Positions 19,406 through 27,531 of a DNA stretch of 64,000 nucleotides are shown in pieces (the first letter of the stretch is position 1; each line of letters starts with the position of its first letter). This DNA is from an uncultured Verrucomicrobiae bacterium (GTDB taxonomy: Bacteria; Verrucomicrobiota; Verrucomicrobiia; Chthoniobacterales; UBA10450): the NCBI GenBank assembly GCA_963735805.1, contig CAVTMK010000004.1, positions 512,001 to 576,000 on the forward strand, given 5' to 3'. The position numbers and the translations under genes were made by a program. Under the pieces are notes generated by a model. That model had not been told where the DNA came from, did no database searches, and was given only the letters and a program-made list of their open reading frames with translations.

Positions 19406-19876
19406 ATGGCTAGGAACAAAAAGACGAAGAAAGAGACGAAACGAAAGGTCGCGCATCCGAAGCTGCCAATGCAACGGCAGTTGAATCTGCTTCACGAGGG
19501 GGCGCATTTCGACCTGCGGCCAATGTTCAACGACCTGAACAAACGGTATTTTCGCGGACGTCTCCGTGGTTACAAAGTAACATGGGGTCGGCGGCGAAGG
19601 CATCGCCCAAAGGAATATTTCATTTTTGGCACTATTCAGGAACAGGATCGTGTGATTCGAATTAATCGGGCGCTCGATCAGCCGTTTGTGCCTACCTGGT
19701 TTTTGCGGTACGTGCTTTATCACGAGATGCTGCACTCGGTAGTGCCCGACGAGAGGCTCTCCCCGGGGCGACGACGGGTTCACACGGACGAATTTAACCG
19801 TCGCGAGCGCCGATTTCCGGGTTATCGACGCGCCCGGCGTTGGGAAGAAGAAAATCTATCGCGTTTCTTGCGCTAG
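19406..19876 (+). CDS. SprT-like/M48 zinc metalloprotease domain protein
   Basis: YHEMLH (HExxH) plus downstream H..EF. Confidence 0.75.
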   Translation: MARNKKTKKETKRKVAHPKLPMQRQLNLLHEGAHFDLRPMFNDLNKRYFRGRLRGYKVTWGRRRRHRPKEYFIFGTIQEQDRVIRINRALDQPFVPTWFLRYVLYHEMLHSVVPDERLSPGRRRVHTDEFNRRERRFPGYRRARRWEEENLSRFLR

Positions 19877-19885
19877 GATTGCTTT

Positions 19886-20035
19886 TCAGCGCGTTTCCGT
19901 AATCGGCACCGGAGACGGCCGATCAGACGGCGAGGGCGTCGTCGCTACGTTCTTTTTGATCAGGTACCAGAGCGTTGTCGCGAGTAGGAGAGAGATCAAC
20001 TTCGCGCGCCAGTTTTTCAGTATCAGCCTCTTCAT
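19886..20035 (-). CDS. 49-aa single-TM peptide resembling the N-terminus of CdaR/YbbR
   Basis: MKRLILKNWRAKLISLLLATTLWYLI at the cdaR position after cdaA. Confidence 0.65.
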   Translation of the reverse strand: MKRLILKNWRAKLISLLLATTLWYLIKKNVATTPSPSDRPSPVPITETR

Positions 20036-20798
20036 ATTTGCTATGCAACAAAATCTCCGCAATGCGTTGGCGAAAGGTCTCCGGAGTGAAATTGCGCTCA
20101 ATTCGGCGCCGATGACAAATGGAAATACTACCGGTCTCTTCGGACACGACTACGGCCACGGCGTCAGATTCCTCAGTAATTCCGAGCCCGGCGCGGTGAC
20201 GCAGTCCCAGGCTTCGGTCGAGCGTCTCACGCTGGCTTACCGGAAAAATACATGCCGCGGCTGCGATTCGCCCGTTGCGAATGATTACGCCGCCGTCGTG
20301 CAGCGCGGCCTTTGGGTGAAAGATGGTGAGAATGAGCTCGACGGAAAAATCTCCGTCGATTGTCACACCCGTTTCCTCATAAACCCGAATCGACGTGTCG
20401 CGTTCGATTGCAATGAGTGCCCCGAACTGCTTATTTGCCAGTTGCATGACGGCTTCGGCCAGATCATGAACAGTTTCGCGTTTCTCGCTCGTCAGCGAGA
20501 AAATTGGATGTCCACCAAGAGCGGCTAATCCACGTCTTAGCTCCGGCTGAAAAATCACCACCAGCGCGACCGCCAGGAAAACCGAAAAGCTTCGTACGAT
20601 CCAGCCGATCACGACCAGATTGAGCAGGGTCGAAATCAGGGTCAGCGTCAAAAAGACAATCGCCAGTCCGGTAAGCACTTTCGCGCCGCGCGTTCCCCGG
20701 AAATAAAGGTAGCCGTAATAAATCGCTACAGTTAGCAGAAGGATTTCAATCAGACTGCGCCATCCTCGAAACCAGAGATCGATCACCTGATGCATCAT
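19923..20798 (-). CDS. cdaA: Diadenylate cyclase CdaA/DacA
   Basis: Three N-terminal TMs, IFQPELR, LHDGG, GLRHRA. Confidence 0.95.
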   Translation of the reverse strand: MMHQVIDLWFRGWRSLIEILLLTVAIYYGYLYFRGTRGAKVLTGLAIVFLTLTLISTLLNLVVIGWIVRSFSVFLAVALVVIFQPELRRGLAALGGHPIFSLTSEKRETVHDLAEAVMQLANKQFGALIAIERDTSIRVYEETGVTIDGDFSVELILTIFHPKAALHDGGVIIRNGRIAAAACIFPVSQRETLDRSLGLRHRAGLGITEESDAVAVVVSEETGSISICHRRRIERNFTPETFRQRIAEILLHSKYEEADTEKLAREVDLSPTRDNALVPDQKERSDDALAV

Positions 20799-21649
20799 TT
20801 TGTTCTCTGAAGAATCGCTTCCGTTATTTTTAAGGCATTCACGTTTTCTTTGACATCATGAACACGGAACACGTCCGCGCCGCGCATGCGCAGCAGCGAA
20901 GTCAACGCCACCGCGGGTGCCAGCCGGTCGCTGACCTGTGCCGAGTCGATCAGTTTGCCCAGGAAAGATTTTCGAGAAACGCCAATCACAATTGGTCGAT
21001 CACACGCGCGGAGCCGCTCAAGCTGCGCCAGCAACTCGAGGTTGTGCTCAAGCGTTTTCCCGAAACCAATGCCCGGATCAAACGCAATCGCCATGGGGTC
21101 AATACTATAAACTATGGCGCGCGCATATTGTTGTCGAAAAAAATCAGCTACCTCCAAAATAACGTTCGTGTATTGCGGCGCAATCTGCATCGTCTGAGGA
21201 GTTCCCTGCATATGCATGACGATGAAAGCCGATTTGGTTTCGGCAATCAGCGGCATCATTTCCTCGTCGCCTCGCCCGCCAGTCACATCGTTCACAATCG
21301 AAGCTCCCGAGCGAACCGCCGCGCGCGCAACCTCCGCTTTCGACGTATCAATTGAAATAATGACTTCACTTTTTCGGCGCAATTGTTCGATCACCGGAAT
21401 CACACGGCGCAATTCCTCTTCGGCGGTGACAGCTTCGGCTCGCGGTCGCGTGGATTCGCCGCCGACATCGACGATTTCCGCACCCTCCCTAGCCATTTCC
21501 AGACCGTGTTCCACGGCATTTTCCAAGTCGAAAAATTCTCCACCGTCGGAAAATGAATCCGGAGTGACGTTTAACACACCTATGATCAGCCCTTGTCGGG
21601 AGAGATCGAAAACCCGTTCGCCGATTTTCCAAAGTCTCCCACGCATCAT
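20795..21649 (-). CDS. folP: Dihydropteroate synthase
   Basis: NVTPDSFSDGG, GGESTRP, DPGIGFGK, SRK, RVHDV. Confidence 0.95.
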   Translation of the reverse strand: MMRGRLWKIGERVFDLSRQGLIIGVLNVTPDSFSDGGEFFDLENAVEHGLEMAREGAEIVDVGGESTRPRAEAVTAEEELRRVIPVIEQLRRKSEVIISIDTSKAEVARAAVRSGASIVNDVTGGRGDEEMMPLIAETKSAFIVMHMQGTPQTMQIAPQYTNVILEVADFFRQQYARAIVYSIDPMAIAFDPGIGFGKTLEHNLELLAQLERLRACDRPIVIGVSRKSFLGKLIDSAQVSDRLAPAVALTSLLRMRGADVFRVHDVKENVNALKITEAILQRTK

Positions 21650-21686
21650 GGATGAGACTATCATCGAACGTGGATTATTCGAACCC

Positions 21687-21761
21687 TGTGGGCTGCCTCG
21701 CTGTGTCGAGGCGCTTCCGCCGGTTGCTGCACCGGGCACGGCGACACAGCGCCGTGGCTAG
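21687..21761. repeat. GTAG-family REP doublet (REPIN-like)
   Basis: gcctcgctgtgtcgaggcg ... cacggcgacacagcgccgtggcta; near-copy at 35523. Confidence 0.7.
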
Positions 21762-21763
21762 AC

Positions 21764-22282
21764 TTATTTTTTCCTTGAGTAACGCCCCATCAGCTCGCCC
21801 TGCGCAATCACATGGCCTTTCATCGCTGCATCCAGCTGATTCCGCTTCGCACCGGACGGCAAATCCAGGTCGCGATCAAGCGCGAAAATCTTGAAGTAAT
21901 AACGGTGAATCCCGGAAGGTGGACACGGCCCGCCATAACCGGATTTGCCAAACTCATTTGTTCCGTGCACCCCTTCTGGTGTGCTTCCCTCGGCGATGGC
22001 ATTGGTGTGAGGGGAGATATTCCAAACCATCCAGTGCGTAAACAGGCCGCTCGGAGCATCAGGATCATCGACGATCAAAGCCAGACTCTTCGCGCCAGCG
22101 GGTACCTCGGCAATTTGGAGCGGAGGGCTGGTGTTAGCGCCGTCACATGTAAATTTCGACGGAATACTGGCGCCTTCCTGAAAAGCGGAACTTGTGATCT
22201 TCATCTTGGCTCCTCCCGCGGCGAATGAGACGATCGCCACGAGAGCAATTGCCACTGCGCCAGCAATAATCGCTTTTTGCAT
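21764..22282 (-). CDS. YbhB/YbcL (PEBP/RKIP-like) protein with signal peptide
   Basis: DDPDAP, FTHW, GPCPP, HRYYF. Confidence 0.92.
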   Translation of the reverse strand: MQKAIIAGAVAIALVAIVSFAAGGAKMKITSSAFQEGASIPSKFTCDGANTSPPLQIAEVPAGAKSLALIVDDPDAPSGLFTHWMVWNISPHTNAIAEGSTPEGVHGTNEFGKSGYGGPCPPSGIHRYYFKIFALDRDLDLPSGAKRNQLDAAMKGHVIAQGELMGRYSRKK

Positions 22283-22346
22283 TATTCGACCTCGGACTGA
22301 AATCGCGTTACATCGACGATAAACCTTCCGACATTGTTTCGCTGCC

Positions 22347-24611
22347 ATGGCCGCAAACGGACGTAATATTCAAGACCAAATCCTGGCTCTTTTGAGGCGC
22401 AAAGATTACCGCCCGCTCGATAAGACCGACATCGCGCGCAAGCTTGCCTTAAGGGGCGGTAAGATTGTTGCCTTGCGGAACAGTCTGCGCGAACTCGAAC
22501 GAGCCGGTCAAATCGCGCGCGTCCGAAAAAATCGCTACGTGTTGCCGGCCGAGGCGGACCTTATAACGGGCAAATTGTCCATTCATCAAGCCGGGTACGG
22601 ATTTCTCACCTCGGAAAAACCCGGCGAACCGGACACTTTCATCGCAGCCGAAAACATTGGAATAGCGATGCACGGCGACCGCGTCGTTGCGCGGATATCG
22701 CGGGATGAACCTTACAAGCGCATTAAAGGGCGGCGTGAAGGGCGGGTGATTCGAATTCTGGAACGCGCTCACGATACGATTGTCGGCACTCTTCAACGTT
22801 CGCGGAATTTCTATTATGTGGTTCCGGACGATCCCCGTTTCGTGCACGACGTTTACGTAGGGCTGGTCTCTAAATCGCCGCAGGGCGACCCGGGCGTGGG
22901 CCGCCTGCCTTTGGCAACTTCCAAGGTCACGCCACAGGTTGGCGATAAAGTTGTGGTTCGCCTGGAAGCATGGGAATCGCGTCATGTTAATCCCGAAGGT
23001 GAAATCATCGAAGTGCTCGGTCCGGCTTCGGCTCCAGGCATCGACGTGCTGTCGATCATTCGTAAATATCATCTGCCAACGGAATTTCCGAGAGATGTTC
23101 TGGACCAGGTCCGGGGAATTCCTGAGACCATTGATGCCCGGCAAATCGAAGGACGCAAAGATTTGCGCGGGGAATTTATCGTCACCATCGATCCCGATGA
23201 CGCGCGCGATTTCGACGATGCAATTCACGTTGAAAAGACCGCGAGTGGTTGGCGCCTCGGGGTGCATATCGCTGATGTCGCCGCTTACGTGGAACCAGGC
23301 AGCGCATTGGATCGAGAAGCGCGCCGCCGCGGAAATAGCGTTTATCTACCGGACCGCGTCATACCGATGTTGCCGGAGCGACTAAGCAACGGGGTTTGCA
23401 GTCTCAATCCCGGAGTCGATCGGCTCACGCATTCAGTATTTCTTGATTTCGACAAGAATGGAGCGGTGAAAAGCGCTCGTTTTGCGCGCAGTGTGATTCG
23501 AAGTGCGCATCGGTTCACATACAAACAGGCTTACGCGATCTTGACCGCGCCAGCCCACGATCAGTTGAGCGAACGACTGCATCTTGCCTGGGAACTCGCT
23601 GCTTTGTTGCGGCGGAAGCGATTTGAGCACGGCTCGCTGGACCTCGACTTTCCAGAGGTAAAAGTCTGGGTCGATAACGAGGGGCGTCCCGTAAAATTGG
23701 AACGCGTCGAGAACGATGAGTCGCACCAGTTGATCGAAGAATTCATGCTGGCCGCAAACGAGGCCGTTGGGCGTGAATTGAAAAAGCGCGCGGTTCCGAC
23801 CGTCTATCGCATCCATGAAAATCCAGACCCGGAAAAACTGGCGGAGTATCGCGATTTCGTTCTCAGCTTTAATTACAGGGTCGGGGATCTGACTCATCGC
23901 GGTGAGCTGCAGCGATTACTCGCTTCATTTCGTGGAAAACCGGAAGAGCAAGCCCTTAAGGTTGCCTTGCTTAAAAGTTTGAAACGCGCCCGTTACTCTC
24001 CCCAACCGCTCGGGCATTACGGGTTGGCCAAGGCAAATTACTTGCATTTCACCAGCCCCATTCGGCGCTATGCCGATTTGGTTGTGCATCGCGCCCTTGG
24101 TAGGGACGCCTCGCTGCGGCCTCCGGTCGGCGCAGCGCGCCGACCCTACCACCCCGACATGGCCGAAATCGGGTCCATCGCCGAGCACATTTCTGCCACG
24201 GAACGGACCGCAGCCGATGCGGAAGGTGATGCGACGCTGATGAAGAAGCTCGAGTTCTTTCAACGACAGCTCGACACCCGCAATCCCCAGATTTTTCGCG
24301 CTACTATTATCGATGTGCGCAACTATGGATTGATGGTGGAATTGCCCGAAGCTCTCGTGACCGGTTTGGTTCACGTCTCTTCGTTGGTGGACGATTTTTA
24401 TCTGTTTGACCAGGCTCGACGGCAGCTCATCGGGAGACGGTCGCGCAAACGCTTTAGCGTCGGTGACGAATTGTCTGTGTCTGTTGTCCGCGTTGATGCC
24501 TTCAAACGACAGGTGGATTTCGCGATTACACTCGCGTCCGGAACAGCAGGAAAAGCTCGCCGTAATAAAGGAAGATCCAGGGTCATTCAGGGCGCGCGTG
24601 CCCCGGACTAA
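22347..24611 (+). CDS. rnr: Ribonuclease R
   Basis: TIDPDDARDFDDA, HIADV, HFTSPIRRYADL, C-terminal S1 domain. Confidence 0.95.
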   Translation: MAANGRNIQDQILALLRRKDYRPLDKTDIARKLALRGGKIVALRNSLRELERAGQIARVRKNRYVLPAEADLITGKLSIHQAGYGFLTSEKPGEPDTFIAAENIGIAMHGDRVVARISRDEPYKRIKGRREGRVIRILERAHDTIVGTLQRSRNFYYVVPDDPRFVHDVYVGLVSKSPQGDPGVGRLPLATSKVTPQVGDKVVVRLEAWESRHVNPEGEIIEVLGPASAPGIDVLSIIRKYHLPTEFPRDVLDQVRGIPETIDARQIEGRKDLRGEFIVTIDPDDARDFDDAIHVEKTASGWRLGVHIADVAAYVEPGSALDREARRRGNSVYLPDRVIPMLPERLSNGVCSLNPGVDRLTHSVFLDFDKNGAVKSARFARSVIRSAHRFTYKQAYAILTAPAHDQLSERLHLAWELAALLRRKRFEHGSLDLDFPEVKVWVDNEGRPVKLERVENDESHQLIEEFMLAANEAVGRELKKRAVPTVYRIHENPDPEKLAEYRDFVLSFNYRVGDLTHRGELQRLLASFRGKPEEQALKVALLKSLKRARYSPQPLGHYGLAKANYLHFTSPIRRYADLVVHRALGRDASLRPPVGAARRPYHPDMAEIGSIAEHISATERTAADAEGDATLMKKLEFFQRQLDTRNPQIFRATIIDVRNYGLMVELPEALVTGLVHVSSLVDDFYLFDQARRQLIGRRSRKRFSVGDELSVSVVRVDAFKRQVDFAITLASGTAGKARRNKGRSRVIQGARAPD
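24098..24151. repeat. REP-like palindrome in-frame within rnr
   Basis: tggtagggacg...cgaccctacca terminal inverted repeat; 54 bp. Confidence 0.65.
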
Positions 24612-24620
24612 CTTTCTCGG

Positions 24621-24851
24621 ATGTCGCACACAGACTGAGCAGACAGCCGGCAAACCGCCTGGCCAGTGGTATGTGGAGACCAGTTCTGCCTTGTCTCGTC
24701 TCCGTCGCGAAGAAGCGCCGAATCGTTTGACTTATGATCACGATGAGACTGCCGTTCATTTTCTCAGTCAGCCCGAAACACCGGAAGAAACGGCCATTGC
24801 GCAGCGAGCCATGGACGTTTGTCCAACACTCGCGATAGGAACGATGGATGA
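24621..24851 (+). pseudogene. Decayed single-cluster ferredoxin
   Basis: PGQWYVETS-S.xx.S.xx.R-EEAPN...QPETPEE...AMDVCPTLAIG; Cys codons mutated, start out of frame, 1-nt deletion near the end. Confidence 0.75.
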
Positions 24852-24857
24852 GATTTG

Positions 24858-24881
24858 CGATGGTCGGAGATCGCCGCTACA
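24858..24881 (-). repeat. GTAG-family REP
   Basis: Reverse complement gtagcggcgatctccgaccatcg. Confidence 0.55.
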
Positions 24882-24889
24882 AAATTGTT

Positions 24890-26047
24890 ATGCATGCTGA
24901 AGCTTCCGTTGCCGCCCACCCATATTCGCGGACAAACCCGTTTCCCGCTAAACTTCTGGTCAATCGCCGCTTGAGCGGCCCGGATTCGGCAAAGGACACA
25001 CGCCATTTTGAACTCGACCTGGCCGGTTGGGGATTGAGTTTTGAGGTTGGCGATTCACTTGCGGTATACGCGACAAACGATCCACAACTGGTGGATGAAA
25101 TCATTCACACGCTTGGGGCCACCGGCGAGGAAGAGGTCCCTCGACCGAAGGGAACACCAACGACCCTGCGCGAAGCGCTGTTGCGCAACTACAGCATTAC
25201 TCAGCCGACGCCCAAGTTCTTGAAGGCGATCGCCGAACGCGCTAGTGCTGCGCCAACGCTGCACTCCCTCCTTGCTCCAGACCGTAAACAAGACCTGCAG
25301 ACATACCTCTGGGGAATGGAAGTCGTCGATTTTCTTGTCGAGCATCCCTCAGCTCACTTCAAACCGGAGGAGTTTGTCGGTTTACTCTCAAAACTGCAGC
25401 CGCGGCTTTATTCCGTGGCCTCGAGTTTAAAGGCCTATCCGGAACAGGTACACTTTATCGTGGATGTTGTCCGCTATGAAAGCCACGGGCGGCTACGCAA
25501 GGGAGTTTGCTCATCTTTTCTTGCAGATCGCGCCGATGGCGTGCCGGTGCCGGTCTTTCCCAGCATCGCGAAGCATTTTCATTTGCCGGAGGACTCGGAC
25601 GCTCCAATCATCATGGTCGGTCCCGGGACCGGAGTAGCGCCGTTCCGAGCATATTTGCAAGAACGCAAGGCGATCGGAGCAAAGGGAAAAAACTGGCTCT
25701 TTTTCGGGTCGCAGCATCAGAGATGCGATTTTGCCTACGGCGAGGAATTCGAGGCTTTCAAGAAAGAGGGGCTCCTCGGACGGCTCGATTGTGCCTGGTC
25801 GCGTGATCAAGCGAAGAAGATTTATGTTCAGCACCTGATGGGAGAGAACGCTGCAGAGATTTGGCAATGGATCGACGCGGAAGGTGCGCACTTTTTCGTC
25901 TGCGGTGACGCGAAACGAATGGCCAAGGATGTGGATGCGATGTTGCGCAGAATTGTACAGGAGCAAGGCGGTAAGAGTGTCGATCAAGCCAATGAATACG
26001 TTGAGAAGCTCAAGAACGAAAAGCGTTACAAGCGCGATGTGTATTAA
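24890..26047 (+). CDS. Sulfite reductase flavoprotein (CysJ-like) FAD/NADPH module, no flavodoxin domain
   Basis: RLYSVASS, GVCSSF, MVGPGTGVAPFR, VCGDA, RYKRDVY. Confidence 0.88.
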   Translation: MHAEASVAAHPYSRTNPFPAKLLVNRRLSGPDSAKDTRHFELDLAGWGLSFEVGDSLAVYATNDPQLVDEIIHTLGATGEEEVPRPKGTPTTLREALLRNYSITQPTPKFLKAIAERASAAPTLHSLLAPDRKQDLQTYLWGMEVVDFLVEHPSAHFKPEEFVGLLSKLQPRLYSVASSLKAYPEQVHFIVDVVRYESHGRLRKGVCSSFLADRADGVPVPVFPSIAKHFHLPEDSDAPIIMVGPGTGVAPFRAYLQERKAIGAKGKNWLFFGSQHQRCDFAYGEEFEAFKKEGLLGRLDCAWSRDQAKKIYVQHLMGENAAEIWQWIDAEGAHFFVCGDAKRMAKDVDAMLRRIVQEQGGKSVDQANEYVEKLKNEKRYKRDVY

Positions 26048-26052
26048 CCTAA

Positions 26053-26113
26053 TTCGTCAAATCGTTACATCGAACAGGCGCTTTAGCGATTCAACGTTTC
26101 ACCGGTTTAACGT
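26053..26113. repeat. Inverted octamer arrays downstream of the cysJ-like gene
   Basis: cgtcaaat cgttacat ... tttagcga ttcaacgt ttcaccgg tttaacgt. Confidence 0.5.
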
Positions 26114-26172
26114 GGCGCGGCCATTCGTGATTTTCACCTTCTGTGGCATAGTAACTCGCAAAGGGTAAATGC

Positions 26173-26727
26173 ATGTACGAGAACACTGAATTCACGTTGA
26201 GCCGCGATTGCGAGGCGATCCAGATTCCGAGCGGTCAAAAGACGACGATCCCGGCGGGAACACAAGGTGTGATTACGCAAAGCCTGGGTGGCAGCTATAC
26301 CATTGCGACGTACCAGGGGTTGGCGCGCATCGCAGAGAACGACCTCGATGCTCTGGGTCTTGAAAAGCCCCAGGCGCAACCGACTCAAAAAACAGCCCGC
26401 TCAACAAACGGTGAGGTTTCAGACGAAGATGTGTGGAACCAGCTTCGCCAATGCTACGATCCGGAAATTCCGGTCAACATTGTTGATCTTGGTTTGGTTT
26501 ACGATTGCCGTTTGATTAAAAAGGATGACGGCGGCACGCGCGTTGAGGTGAAAATGACCCTCACTGCACCGGGTTGCGGCATGGGACCCGCAATCGCACA
26601 TGATGCGCAAAGCAAAATCTTGAGCATAGACGGCGTGGATGAAGCAGATGTCCAGCTTGTCTGGGATCCGCCCTGGAATCAGAACATGATCAGCGAAGCC
26701 GGCCGGATGAAGCTAGGGATGATCTGA
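26173..26727 (+). CDS. sufT: Fe-S cluster assembly protein SufT (DUF59)
   Basis: YDPEIPVNIVDLGLVY, MTLTAPGCGMG, VWDPPW. Confidence 0.92.
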   Translation: MYENTEFTLSRDCEAIQIPSGQKTTIPAGTQGVITQSLGGSYTIATYQGLARIAENDLDALGLEKPQAQPTQKTARSTNGEVSDEDVWNQLRQCYDPEIPVNIVDLGLVYDCRLIKKDDGGTRVEVKMTLTAPGCGMGPAIAHDAQSKILSIDGVDEADVQLVWDPPWNQNMISEAGRMKLGMI

Positions 26728-26741
26728 AGTTGTAATCTTCC

Positions 26742-26829
26742 TGTCATTCTGAGCGCAACGATGAATCTCTGATCATCTAGCCGGGCGGGCGCAAGAACAG
26801 CCAGAGATGTTTCGCTTCGCTAACATAAG
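26742..26829. repeat. GTCATTCTGAGCG REP-like element, copy 3
   Basis: gtcattctgagcgcaacgatgaatctct...agagatgtttcgcttcgc. Confidence 0.65.
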
Positions 26830-26873
26830 AGAAGAATTTGTTACGAAATTTTTGAGTTTTTTTCATTCTCCCG

Positions 26874-26901
26874 TTGACAGCACTGGACTTGATTCTAAGA
26901 T
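26874..26901 (+). promoter_or_regulatory. Putative sigma70 promoter of rplI-dnaB
   Basis: TTGACA(26874)-N16-TAAGAT(26896) after an AT-rich tract. Confidence 0.55.
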
Positions 26902-26961
26902 CGACATTCGCCAAGCCCCTCGGAGTTGAAAAATTTCTGAGCGCATTTATTAAAAATCGAT

Positions 26962-27531
26962 ATGCCGTTGACTGAACTCATTTTAACCGAAAACGTCCCG
27001 GGCTTGGGGGCCGAAGCGGATGTCGTCAAAGTCCGCCGCGGTTACGCCCGCAACTATTTGCTGCCGCGCGGAAAAGCATTTGAGGTCACACCGGGTGCGT
27101 TGCGACATATCGACGCCCTGAAGCAGAAACGCGCCGAGCGTGAAGCGCGCGAGTTGAATGATGCTGAGGAAGTGGCGCGTCGAATCAATAAGGCGCGGTT
27201 CGTCTTCACACTGGAGACAGGCGAAACCGGAAAAGCATTTGGATCGGTTACCGCACAGGACATCGTGAATCGCCTCAAAAATGAACTCGGCACGGAGATT
27301 GATCGGCACAAAATTGTTCTCGAGCGTCCGATCAAAGACACCGGCGAACACGAAGTCGCGATCAAATTGCATCACGATGTAATTGCGCAGCTTGTTTTTC
27401 AGGTGAAATCCGCAGAGGAATCCCGCGACCGCGGGACCGAGGCCGAGAACGCTGCAACGGACGAATCTGAAAAGAAATCGAAACCTCGATTTTTCCGAAG
27501 AAAGAAAGAAGAGAAAAAAGAAACGGAATAA
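26962..27531 (+). CDS. rplI: 50S ribosomal protein L9
   Basis: VKVRRGYARNYLLP, FGSVT; charged C-terminal extension. Confidence 0.95.
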   Translation: MPLTELILTENVPGLGAEADVVKVRRGYARNYLLPRGKAFEVTPGALRHIDALKQKRAEREARELNDAEEVARRINKARFVFTLETGETGKAFGSVTAQDIVNRLKNELGTEIDRHKIVLERPIKDTGEHEVAIKLHHDVIAQLVFQVKSAEESRDRGTEAENAATDESEKKSKPRFFRRKKEEKKETE

